Source: Flavobacteriaceae bacterium (lineage in GTDB: Bacteria > Bacteroidota > Bacteroidia > Flavobacteriales > Flavobacteriaceae). From it: a DNA stretch of 64,000 bases. The stretch's first letter is position 1. Each line of letters starts with the position of its first letter. A program made the translations under genes and the position numbers. The DNA is taken from positions 10,012-74,011 of the forward strand of contig CANGIF010000011.1 in the NCBI GenBank assembly GCA_947453885.1, written 5' to 3'. Below, piece after piece: positions 38,010 through 47,146 of this stretch. The notes under the pieces are model-generated. The model was not told the DNA's origin. It did not search any database and worked only from the letters and a program-made list of their open reading frames with translations.

Positions 38010-38483
38010 ATGATAGAAATAGAACGAAAATTCTTGGTTAAAAACGACTCCTTTAAGCAAGTAGCTTATGCCAAGCATGAAATTGCTCAGGGCTATTTAA
38101 ATTCGAATCCGGAACGCTCAGTTAGAGTTAGAATAAAAAATAATAATGGCTTCATTACTGTAAAAGGAATTTCAAATGAATTAGGTATGTCTCGCTTTGA
38201 ATGGGAAAAAGAAATACCTATTGATGAAGCTAAGTTGTTACTTAAATTATGTGAAAAAGGGCGAATTTTTAAAACGAGGTACGAAGTTTTAAATGGTGAA
38301 TTCACTTTTGAAATTGATGTGTTTCATGAACAAAATGAGGGTTTAATAATAGCGGAAATTGAATTAAAAACAGAAATGGATGTTTTTATAAAACCAAATT
38401 GGTTAGGCGAAGAAGTTACTAATGAAAAAAAATATTATAATTCAAACATTTGTAAAAATCCGTTTTCAACATGGGAAAAATAA
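38010..38483 (+). CDS. CYTH-domain protein (triphosphate tunnel metalloenzyme)
   Basis: 157 aa. The N-terminal EIERKFLV is the ExExK hallmark of CYTH/CyaB-ThTPase proteins. Confidence 0.85.
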   Translation: MIEIERKFLVKNDSFKQVAYAKHEIAQGYLNSNPERSVRVRIKNNNGFITVKGISNELGMSRFEWEKEIPIDEAKLLLKLCEKGRIFKTRYEVLNGEFTFEIDVFHEQNEGLIIAEIELKTEMDVFIKPNWLGEEVTNEKKYYNSNICKNPFSTWEK

Positions 38484-38969
38484 TTATTTTTCTTCAACTT
38501 CTATTTTAACAATTATACCTCCACCAGCGCCACATTCTGCTATTTCTTTATAAGCTTTTCGAGTGATGTCTATTTCACGCTCTTTTACAAAAGGACCTCT
38601 ATCGATTACCTCAACAATAACTGATTTTCCTGTTGTTTCATTTGTTATTCTTAATTTTGTTCCAAACGGAAATTTTTTATGAGCGGCAGTGTATTTGTTA
38701 TTATCAAATTTAATTCCGCTTGCAGTTCGTTTTCCGTTTAATTTATCTGAATAATAAGATGCGTGTACCCCTTTTTTATAGGGTTTAAAAAAGTTTGTTT
38801 TTATACTTGTAGTGTCAATATTTTCATTTTTTTGATCAATTAATCCAACCTCTTTTTTTACAGTATCTTTTACTACCGTTGTTTTTTGTTTTTGCTTTAC
38901 TTTTCTATGTTGCCCATTAATGAAACCATAAGTAAAGAAAAGTAAAATAAGTATAATGTTTTTTTTCAT
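38484..38969 (-). CDS. rlpA: RlpA-family lytic transglycosylase (DPBB domain)
   Basis: 161 aa. It has a signal peptide, and YYSDKLNGKRTASGIKFDNNKYTAAHKKFPFGTKLRITN...VIDRGPF is the RlpA double-psi beta-barrel signature. Confidence 0.85.
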   Translation of the reverse strand: MKKNIILILLFFTYGFINGQHRKVKQKQKTTVVKDTVKKEVGLIDQKNENIDTTSIKTNFFKPYKKGVHASYYSDKLNGKRTASGIKFDNNKYTAAHKKFPFGTKLRITNETTGKSVIVEVIDRGPFVKEREIDITRKAYKEIAECGAGGGIIVKIEVEEK

Positions 38970-38996
38970 AATAGTAAAATTTTGAAACGTTTAAAG

Positions 38997-39024
38997 TAAA
39001 AAAAAGCTCCTTTTGGGAGCTTTA
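38997..39024 (-). terminator. Rho-independent terminator after the 39031..39453 gene
   Basis: The stem aaagctcc/ggagcttt has a 4-nt loop and is followed on the minus strand by a T-run (the A-run 38997-39005 on the plus strand). Confidence 0.7.
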
Positions 39025-39030
39025 CTTAAA

Positions 39031-39453
39031 TCAAAACCACAATTTCCATGGAATTCTACTCAAAATCAATAATAATCCAATTCCATAAAAAACAGTAATT
39101 GATTTAAATTTTGAATTATTTAAAGTTGCTTTTTTATGCTTAACCCAGCCAACAGTAATTAGAGCTATTGCTATAATGTTAATTAATGGATGTTCAAGTG
39201 AAGTAAGACGTAATGCTTTATCTGACATTTGACCTAAAGCATTTAATCCAAGTGGAGAAATTATATATAAAACTATCGCGAAAAGCAATTGTGTATGTGT
39301 AGCAATTAACCCAAAAAGAGCTATTTTTTTATCTTTTGCTAAAAAATCTCTTTTTGATTTTAATCCTAAAAATGAATTTACAAAAGTAACTAGTAATAAA
39401 AGTAAAGCTACATAAGCCCAAAATGAGTGAAATTTTTGAATTAATTCGTACAT
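39031..39453 (-). CDS. Hypothetical 4-TM membrane protein
   Basis: ~140 aa with four hydrophobic helices. I placed the start at the ATG at 39453 (MYELIQKFHSFW...) rather than the ORF-track extension to 39486. Confidence 0.5.
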   Translation of the reverse strand: MYELIQKFHSFWAYVALLLLLVTFVNSFLGLKSKRDFLAKDKKIALFGLIATHTQLLFAIVLYIISPLGLNALGQMSDKALRLTSLEHPLINIIAIALITVGWVKHKKATLNNSKFKSITVFYGIGLLLILSRIPWKLWF

Positions 39454-39543
39454 GATTTTAATTTTAATGGAAACAAATATAAACAAAAAAGCATTGAAAT
39501 CACAATGCTTTTTTATTCAATTTTTAATTTCACAATAATTAAT

Positions 39544-41187
39544 TTAATTATTCTTCAAAAAATGATCCAATAAAAATGTAGTTGAACTATCGTGTTTTTT
39601 AATATCGCCAGAATTTATTTCATCTAAAATTGAATTTGCTAATTGTTTTCCAAGTTCAACTCCCCATTGATCATAACTAAAAATATTCCAAATTATTCCT
39701 TGTACAAAAATTTTATGTTCATACATAGCAACTAAAGCACCTAAATTTTCAGGAGTTAGTTTTTGAATTAGAATTGTGTTTGTAGGTTTGTTACCTGAAA
39801 AGCATTTAAAAGGCAACAAAAAGGCCGCTTTTTCAGAATTTATCCCTTGTTTATCAAACTCAGATTGAACTTGATTTTTAGTTTTTCCATTTAATAATGC
39901 CTCAGTTTGTGCAAAAAAGTTTGACATTAATTTATTATGATGTTCTTTATTTCCGTACAAAGCTTCTACAAAACCAATAAAGTCAGCAGGAATTAATTTG
40001 GTTCCTTGATGAATTAATTGAAAAAATGCATGTTGTGAATTAGTACCTGGTTCACCCCAAATAATGGTTCCCGTTTGATACTTTACTTGTTTACCATCTC
40101 TATCTATACTTTTGCCATTACTTTCCATAATGCCTTGTTGTAAATAAGGTGCAAGTTTTTGTAAGTATTGACAATAGGGGATTATAGCTTCCGTTTCTGC
40201 TCCAAAAAAATTATTGTACCAAACACTTATTAAGGCAAGAACAACGGGTATGTTTTTATCAAAAGTGGTTGTTTTGAAATGGGCATCCATACTATTTGCG
40301 CCGCTTAAAAGCTTTTCGAAATTTTCAAAACCTACAGCTAAGCTAATAGTAAGACCAACAGCACTCCAAAGTGAAAATCTGCCTCCAACCCAATCCCACA
40401 TTGGAAAAATATTTTCTTCGTTAATTCCAAACGCAGTAACGTTTTTAATATTAGTAGAAACCGCAACAAAATGTTTTGCAACATCCTCTTGTTTAGCTGT
40501 TTTTAAAAACCAACTTCTAATAGTTTCTGAGTTTGTTAGTGTTTCTTGTGTTGTAAATGTTTTTGAAACAATTACAAATAAAGTCGTTTCGGGATTTAAT
40601 TTTTTAATTATTTCTTGAACATGATCACCATCAATATTTGAAACAAAATGAACATTCAACTGATTTTTATAATACTGTAAAGCTTCTACAACCATTGCAG
40701 GTCCAAGATCAGAACCTCCAATTCCAATGTTGACTACATCAGTAAATGATTTTCCTGAATATCCTTTTCTTTTTTCTTCAACAATTTCATTTGTAAATTC
40801 TTGAATCTTCTTTTTTACTTCAAAAATTTCAGGAATTACATTTATACCATTAACATTAATAATTTCATTTTCTTTAGCCCTTAAAGCAGTGTGTAATACT
40901 GAGCGGCCTTCGGTTTTATTAATTAAATCTCCATCAAAATACTTTGCAATTGCATCGTTCAAACCTGCTTGATTTGCCAGTTGTATAAGCAAATCAATTG
41001 TTTCGGTATTGATGTTGTTTTTTGAATAGTCAACAATAAAATCGTTCCATTTTAAATGGAACTTTTCAGCTCTATCTTTATCTTTTAGAAACATTTCTTT
41101 GATAGAAATTGCATTCATTTCTAAAAAATGTTTTTCTAATTCGTTCCAAGATTTTGTTGCTGTGGGGTTTATGTTTAGTAATGCCAT
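39544..41187 (-). CDS. pgi: Glucose-6-phosphate isomerase
   Basis: 547 aa with the PGI signatures (IGIGGSDLGP, GEPGTNSQHAFFQLIHQGT, QWGVELGK). Confidence 0.96.
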   Translation of the reverse strand: MALLNINPTATKSWNELEKHFLEMNAISIKEMFLKDKDRAEKFHLKWNDFIVDYSKNNINTETIDLLIQLANQAGLNDAIAKYFDGDLINKTEGRSVLHTALRAKENEIINVNGINVIPEIFEVKKKIQEFTNEIVEEKRKGYSGKSFTDVVNIGIGGSDLGPAMVVEALQYYKNQLNVHFVSNIDGDHVQEIIKKLNPETTLFVIVSKTFTTQETLTNSETIRSWFLKTAKQEDVAKHFVAVSTNIKNVTAFGINEENIFPMWDWVGGRFSLWSAVGLTISLAVGFENFEKLLSGANSMDAHFKTTTFDKNIPVVLALISVWYNNFFGAETEAIIPYCQYLQKLAPYLQQGIMESNGKSIDRDGKQVKYQTGTIIWGEPGTNSQHAFFQLIHQGTKLIPADFIGFVEALYGNKEHHNKLMSNFFAQTEALLNGKTKNQVQSEFDKQGINSEKAAFLLPFKCFSGNKPTNTILIQKLTPENLGALVAMYEHKIFVQGIIWNIFSYDQWGVELGKQLANSILDEINSGDIKKHDSSTTFLLDHFLKNN

Positions 41188-41259
41188 TTTTAAAATTTAA
41201 GTTTCGAAATTACAAATTAGAAGTTAAATGTAAAAGTATGTATTTGTGTAGAATTATTT

Positions 41260-42492
41260 TTAATTAGAATTATTTTTCAATTTTGATGCAGCAATATTAT
41301 CAAGATTTTGTTTTAATAGCTTACTTTGTGCTAAAAAACGGGATAAATTCTTTTTATCCATTGTTTCAGAATGAGGAAGTTGTAGTTTTAAAGCGTCAAC
41401 TTGTTCTCCGTTTTTCCAAAATCTATAGCAAACATGTGGGCCAGTTGCCAAACCAGTGCTACCTACTTTCCCTATCACTTCACCCTGAGTTACATGCTGC
41501 CCTCTTTTTACAAGTATTTTCGACATGTGAAGATACTGAGTAGAATATGTTCTGTCGTGTTTTACCTTTACAAAGTTTCCGTTTCCAGCTGTAAAACCCG
41601 CTTGTTCAACAATTCCGGTTGCTGTTGTCATAATAGGTGTGCCGGTTGGAGCTGCATAATCTGTTCCTTTATGCGCTTTCCAGATCATTTGAACTGGATG
41701 AAATCGATTTTGAGAATAATGAGAAGTTATATTAGCAAATTTAAGAGGAGCTTTTAAAAAAAAACTTTTCAACGCTTTACCTTCTTCATCAAAATAATCT
41801 AAATTTTTAGAATTAGGATTTTGTGCAAAAGGGAATGCATATATTTTCTTTCCTCTGTATTCAAAAAAGGCTGCTTTTAAACTATCAACACCGTCGTTTA
41901 TAGTGTCGTCTATAAAACGTTCAGTAAAAGTAACGCCAAACTTATCGCCTTTTTGAAGTTTAAAAAAGTCAATAGACCAAGCATAGATTTTTGTTAATTT
42001 ACCTGCTAAAACATCATTTGCACCTTCTTTATTTAAGGATTCATATAAGGAGCCGTTTAACGCACCTGCTATTGTTCGTTCTCTATAAGTAATGGGTCTT
42101 ATTTTTTTTGTTACAGATATTGAATTTCTTAAATCAACAACATAATAACTTGCTCTATCAATTTGATAAACAAAAATTTGTAGTTTTTTTTGTGAGTCTT
42201 TACTACGTAGTAACACAAATGAATTTCCTTTTTTAATCATTTTCAAATCAAAAGAATCTTTAACTTTTTCAATAACTTCAAATGGTTTATTTATTCCAAG
42301 GTTTTGTTTTTCTAATATGCTACCAAAGGTGTCTCCGTTTTTTATTGTATCCCTAACAACATCAAAACTATTTAATACAAAACCAAAATCTTTAACTATA
42401 GGTTCGATTTTTTGTTTGGGCACTTCTTTTTCTTTTTTGTTACAAGAAAAAAGAACTAAGGCAATAAGTAAAATGCTAAATATATTTTTCAA
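41260..42492 (-). CDS. M23-family metallopeptidase (lipoprotein)
   Basis: 410 aa with a lipobox (LFSC). The C-terminal M23 domain has HKGTDY (HxxxD), YLHMS and GPHVCYRF. Confidence 0.85.
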   Translation of the reverse strand: MKNIFSILLIALVLFSCNKKEKEVPKQKIEPIVKDFGFVLNSFDVVRDTIKNGDTFGSILEKQNLGINKPFEVIEKVKDSFDLKMIKKGNSFVLLRSKDSQKKLQIFVYQIDRASYYVVDLRNSISVTKKIRPITYRERTIAGALNGSLYESLNKEGANDVLAGKLTKIYAWSIDFFKLQKGDKFGVTFTERFIDDTINDGVDSLKAAFFEYRGKKIYAFPFAQNPNSKNLDYFDEEGKALKSFFLKAPLKFANITSHYSQNRFHPVQMIWKAHKGTDYAAPTGTPIMTTATGIVEQAGFTAGNGNFVKVKHDRTYSTQYLHMSKILVKRGQHVTQGEVIGKVGSTGLATGPHVCYRFWKNGEQVDALKLQLPHSETMDKKNLSRFLAQSKLLKQNLDNIAASKLKNNSN

Positions 42493-42541
42493 AATTTATC
42501 TTCTCTGTTTGGAAACACTACGACTTCCGTTTTTCAATAAA

Positions 42542-43465
42542 CTAAACTGCTTCTCCCCAATTTTTAATTTCTTCTTCATTCCAAAGTTCAGGAAAAAAAA
42601 TTCTTCTTTGGTATTTTGGATGCATGTATTTTTTCCAATCACTTCCTCCTGTTGCCTCGCCACTACCTTTACCGCTATCAAGATATTTTTTTGCAGCATT
42701 CAAATGTCCCATTACCCAAGTAATGTTTACAGTATAGTCATAATGACGCATCGCAAGTACTAACTCTTGATTTTTTTGATCATCTAAAGGGAGTTGTTTG
42801 AATTTTTGCCAAATATTTAAAGTATTGTATTCCTCCATAAATCTTAAAAATTCAGCTTTGTATTTGCGTTCAAACTCAAGAATTAAATAGGATTTTTCGC
42901 CAGTTTTATAATCTTTACCTGCTGCTTGCCAATACAAATGTTCAAAAGCATGTGAAAATGGTGTGTTACGATCAATAGTTTCTCTATAGCGATAATCAAT
43001 TAGATTTATCAAATCGGTTGATGAGAATTCAATAAATCTATATTGAGCTGATTGAAATCCACTTGCCGGGGTAAGTGTGTTTCTGAATTTCATGTATTGG
43101 TCGATTTCCATTCCATCGCCCATAATGTCAAAAGAAGTTGTAAGCATGTCAAAATAGCGACTTATTCTTCTCATTTTTTCAGTAAAAAATGAAGTTTTTG
43201 GCACATCAGTATGGCATAACTGCTCTATTTCCCACAGAATCATTTTAAACAAAAGTTCATTTACTTGATGGTACATAATAAAGACCATTTCGTCCGGTAA
43301 AATGGTTCTTTGCGTTTGTAAGTTTAACAGCGCATCAGTTTGAATGTAATCCCAATAAGTAATAGGTTTTGACCAAAGCAAACCCTCTAAATGAGTTGCG
43401 GTATTTTGATTGATGCTTTTGAATTTTTGTTCTAAATCATCAATTATTTTATATGTGGTTTCCAT
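42542..43465 (-). CDS. kynA: Tryptophan 2,3-dioxygenase family protein
   Basis: 307 aa. YWDYIQTDALLNLQ and FIMYHQVNELLFKM correspond to the conserved TDO helix containing the distal His. Confidence 0.82.
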   Translation of the reverse strand: METTYKIIDDLEQKFKSINQNTATHLEGLLWSKPITYWDYIQTDALLNLQTQRTILPDEMVFIMYHQVNELLFKMILWEIEQLCHTDVPKTSFFTEKMRRISRYFDMLTTSFDIMGDGMEIDQYMKFRNTLTPASGFQSAQYRFIEFSSTDLINLIDYRYRETIDRNTPFSHAFEHLYWQAAGKDYKTGEKSYLILEFERKYKAEFLRFMEEYNTLNIWQKFKQLPLDDQKNQELVLAMRHYDYTVNITWVMGHLNAAKKYLDSGKGSGEATGGSDWKKYMHPKYQRRIFFPELWNEEEIKNWGEAV

Positions 43466-44244
43466 TATGGTTTTGCTTTAATTGTAAAAGAATTTTTCAG
43501 ACCTTTAAAACCATCTAAATCAGCTTTTAAAGACCCAACTGCTAAACTAGCTTTTATGCTTACTGGAAGCTTGTTTTCGTCGTCTGAAATCCAAACAGTT
43601 ACGCTTTCTTGCTCTTTAAATATTCTTCCTGTTTGAACCATAGGCCTAAATATCATGGTTGGAATAGTTCCAAATTTAGTTTCTAAATCCTCCCGACCAA
43701 TGAATTTTAACTTAAATTTTGTAATTTCATCATCAAAAAACATATCTACTGCGATAGACTCGCCAATTTTTAATTTATCAACATTTGGGTGATTTCTTAA
43801 ATAATAAAATGTTGAAATTATATCTTGAACATCCTCGGATACATTAAATGATTTTTCTGTTTTGTTTTTATAATCTTTAACCGTTATTTTATTTAAATCT
43901 TGATTAAAAAAGCCTTCTTGGTTTTTTGTATACCCTCCTTCATCAATTTTTCTTACATATTGAAATGGTTTTCCAGTCAATTTATCAAAATAGCTTTCAT
44001 AATTGTCATCTACTTTAAAGAAAAATTTAAACATGCCAACAGTGTAGCCATTTCCAACGGCATGAAACACCTTTTTGTTGCTCCTTACGCTTTCTTTTAA
44101 TTCTAAAGTTGCATATCCAGCACTAAGTAATCCGTAATGAATTCTAAACTTGAACCATTCACCTGTATCATAAGCTGAATCTTTTTGAATTTCAAAACTT
44201 GACGATGTTATAAAAAGTAATGCTAATAAAAGGTGCTTTTTCAT
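43465..44244 (-). CDS. DUF3108-like secreted protein
   Basis: I placed the start at the ATG at 44244 (MKKHLLLALLFITSS signal peptide). The ORF-track extension to 44319 runs through a terminator hairpin. The FKFRIHYGLLSAGYATLELKE beta-barrel-like N-terminus is typical of DUF3108 (family call from memory). Confidence 0.65.
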   Translation of the reverse strand: MKKHLLLALLFITSSSFEIQKDSAYDTGEWFKFRIHYGLLSAGYATLELKESVRSNKKVFHAVGNGYTVGMFKFFFKVDDNYESYFDKLTGKPFQYVRKIDEGGYTKNQEGFFNQDLNKITVKDYKNKTEKSFNVSEDVQDIISTFYYLRNHPNVDKLKIGESIAVDMFFDDEITKFKLKFIGREDLETKFGTIPTMIFRPMVQTGRIFKEQESVTVWISDDENKLPVSIKASLAVGSLKADLDGFKGLKNSFTIKAKP

Positions 44245-44300
44245 TTTTAGTTTTTTTATATAGCTAAATAGAGCAAATTTTGTTCCAAATGTATTAAAAC

Positions 44301-44335
44301 AAAAAAACCCAGTCAACAAATGACTGAGTTTTTAT
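44301..44335 (-). terminator. Probable bidirectional hairpin terminator after hppD
   Basis: The 6-bp stem cagtca/tgactg (5-nt loop) is flanked by an A-run and a T-run. The stem is short. Confidence 0.45.
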
Positions 44336-44534
44336 GCTATTAACCAACCAAAAAATTATAAATTATGAAAATTTATAAAAAAACAAAGGAAACCACTCCT
44401 CTGTTTTCTGATTGCAAATATATTTGATATTTTGAAATATATTCAATAAAAATTCAACTTTAACACTTTATTAATACTGTTTAGTTTTATCAAAAATAAA
44501 AAATTACGAATAATGTAAAAATAAGTTATTTTTT

Positions 44535-45695
44535 TTACAGAGTTCCTCTTTTTTCTTGCTCTCTTTCAATAGATTCAAATAATGCCTTAAAATTTCCAGC
44601 TCCAAATCCTTTTGCCCCCATTCTTTGAATAATTTCAAAAAATAATGTTGGACGATCTTCTAGAGGTTTAGTAAAAATTTGAAGTAAATATCCTTCTTCA
44701 TCAGCATCCACTAAAATTGAAAGTTTTTGTAATTCTTTAATATCTTCTTTCATCATTTCTTTATGAACACCAAGTCTGGCAGGAATTTCATCATAATAAG
44801 CTTGAGGTGGAGGAGGTAAAAACTCAACACCCCTTGCTTTTAATTCTGTTACTGTATTAATAATATCATCTGTCGCTACTGCAATATGCTGACATCCTGG
44901 CCCTTCGTAAAAATCTATGTATTCTTCTATTTGAGAACGTTTATTTCCTTTGGCGGGTTCGTTTATTGGAAATTTTATTCGACCATTGCCATTACTCATT
45001 ACTTTACTCATCAAAGCTGAATATTCAGTATGAATTTGGTTGTCGTCAAACGATAAAAAGTTTACAAATCCCATAACCTCTTCGTACCATTTTACCCATT
45101 GGTTCATTTCGCCCCAACCAACATTTCCAACCATGTGATCAATATATTTTAGACCTAAAGGTTTTGGATTATAATCAGATTTCCATTCTACAAATCCAGG
45201 TAAAAATAGGCCATTATAATTTTTACGTTCTACAAAAATATGAACAGTTTCACCGTAAGTATAAATTCCTGAACGTATTACTTCACCAAATTCATCTTTC
45301 TCAGTTGTTGGTTCCATGAATGATTTTGCTCCTCTGTTTGTAGTTTCATGCCATGCTGATTTTGCATCTTCTACCCAAAGTGCAATTACTTTAACTCCAT
45401 CACCGTGTTTTCTTAAATGGTCGTTTATTGGCGAATTACTATTTAAAGGTGTTGTTAAAACCAATCGAATTTTATCTTGTTTCAGCACATAACTAACAGA
45501 TTCCCTGGATCCTGTTTCTAAGCCTTTATAGGCATAAGATTGAAATCCAAATGCTGTTTTGTAATAATGGGCAGCTTGTTTTGCATTTCCAACGTAAAAT
45601 TCAACATAATCTGTTCCTAATAATGGAAGGAAGTCTTTGGCTCCTTCAAAAATTTTTTCTAGTCCGTATTCAACGGATTTAACTTCTTTTGCCAT
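44535..45695 (-). CDS. hppD: 4-hydroxyphenylpyruvate dioxygenase
   Basis: 386 aa two-domain VOC-fold enzyme. It has HIAVATDDI, LLQIFTKP and GFGAGNFKALFESIEREQ. Confidence 0.95.
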   Translation of the reverse strand: MAKEVKSVEYGLEKIFEGAKDFLPLLGTDYVEFYVGNAKQAAHYYKTAFGFQSYAYKGLETGSRESVSYVLKQDKIRLVLTTPLNSNSPINDHLRKHGDGVKVIALWVEDAKSAWHETTNRGAKSFMEPTTEKDEFGEVIRSGIYTYGETVHIFVERKNYNGLFLPGFVEWKSDYNPKPLGLKYIDHMVGNVGWGEMNQWVKWYEEVMGFVNFLSFDDNQIHTEYSALMSKVMSNGNGRIKFPINEPAKGNKRSQIEEYIDFYEGPGCQHIAVATDDIINTVTELKARGVEFLPPPPQAYYDEIPARLGVHKEMMKEDIKELQKLSILVDADEEGYLLQIFTKPLEDRPTLFFEIIQRMGAKGFGAGNFKALFESIEREQEKRGTL

Positions 45696-45756
45696 AATTT
45701 ATATGTTTTTATTGTCAATTTTATAAAAATTGAATATTTTTTAATAATGAAATTTT

Positions 45757-46914
45757 CTAGTCTAACCAAGACAAATAATAAGTGTCGTCTGAAATAGCCA
45801 TGGCCTCATCAGTAACCATTAAAGGTTTAAAAGTATCTACCATAACAGCCAATTCAAGTGTTTCTTTTTTTCCAATACTTCTTTCTGCCGCACCTGGATG
45901 TGGGCCATGTGGAATGCCCGCAGGATGTAAAGAAATGTTTCCTGGCTTCACATCGTTTCTACTCATAAAATCACCATCAACATAATATAAAACTTCATCG
46001 GCATCTATGTTACTATGATTATATGGAGCTGGAATTGAAAGTGGATGATAGTCGAATAGCCTTGGAACAAAAGAACAAACAACAAAAGCAGAAGTTTCAA
46101 AAGTTTGATGAACAGGTGGAGGTAAATGAACTCTTCCTGTTATGGGTTCAAAATTATGAATAGAAAAAGCATATGGATAGTTGAATCCGTCATATCCAAT
46201 TACATCAAAAGGATGGGATGCGTACACCATTTCAAAAATTTCATCTTTCTTTTTCACTTTAATTAAAAAGTCGCCATTTTCATTGTAAGTTTCTAATTCT
46301 TCTGGCCTTCTTATATCGCGTTCACAAAAAGGGGAGTGCTCTAATAATTGTCCAAACCAGTTTCTATATTGTTTAGGAGTATAGATTGGAGCATGAGATT
46401 CTACTATAAATAAACGATTGTCTTCGGTTTCAAAATCTATTTTATAAATAATTCCTCTAGGAACTATTAAATAATCGCCATAACTAAAGTTTAAATTTCC
46501 ATATATAGTACGAAGTTTTCCAGTTCCTTTATGGATAAAAATCATTTCATCTGAATCAGTATTTTTATAGAAATAATCTTTAGTTGATTTTCTAGGCGCT
46601 GCTAAAACAATATGACAGTCTGAATTTGTTAATATAATTTTCCTGCTTTCTAAAAAATCGTCTTGAGGAACAACATCAAATCCTTTTAATTTATAAGACT
46701 GAATGTTATTTTTTTTTGCAATTTTTGGTGCAATGCTGTATTGCTTTTTAATTTCTTTAACCTGAGTCGGTCTTTGTTCGTGATAGGAATTGGTTGACAT
46801 TCCATCAAAACCTACGGTTCCAAACAATTGTTCATAATACAAATCGCCATTTGGTTTTCTGAATTGAATATGTCTCTTGTGAGGAATAGTTCCTAATTTA
46901 TGATATATTGGCAT
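45757..46914 (-). CDS. hmgA: Homogentisate 1,2-dioxygenase
   Basis: 385 aa cupin-type enzyme. ISLHPAGIPHGPHPG and the overall layout match HmgA. It lies directly upstream of hppD. Confidence 0.9.
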   Translation of the reverse strand: MPIYHKLGTIPHKRHIQFRKPNGDLYYEQLFGTVGFDGMSTNSYHEQRPTQVKEIKKQYSIAPKIAKKNNIQSYKLKGFDVVPQDDFLESRKIILTNSDCHIVLAAPRKSTKDYFYKNTDSDEMIFIHKGTGKLRTIYGNLNFSYGDYLIVPRGIIYKIDFETEDNRLFIVESHAPIYTPKQYRNWFGQLLEHSPFCERDIRRPEELETYNENGDFLIKVKKKDEIFEMVYASHPFDVIGYDGFNYPYAFSIHNFEPITGRVHLPPPVHQTFETSAFVVCSFVPRLFDYHPLSIPAPYNHSNIDADEVLYYVDGDFMSRNDVKPGNISLHPAGIPHGPHPGAAERSIGKKETLELAVMVDTFKPLMVTDEAMAISDDTYYLSWLD

Positions 46915-47081
46915 GTTTTTTTTGCTTTAAGTTTAACATTAATAAGTTTAAATTTGTTTCCAAACTTTGTTGCTAATACTGTCAAAAAAAACTCATTCAG
47001 GATTTCTCTTGATAAAGTATTTTAAAAGAATTAATAAATTATCCCACTTTTTCATAAATACAAATATCGTAAAAAATTACA

Positions 47082-47120
47082 TAAAAAAATCCAAAAATAT
47101 CATTTTAAATACTTTTGGAT
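47082..47120 (-). terminator. Rho-independent terminator after the amino-acid permease
   Basis: The 8-bp stem atccaaaa/ttttggat (16-nt loop) is followed on the minus strand by a T-run, about 30 nt after the stop at 47147. Confidence 0.6.
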
Positions 47121-47146
47121 TCTTTTAATTAGGAAGTATGTAAAAT

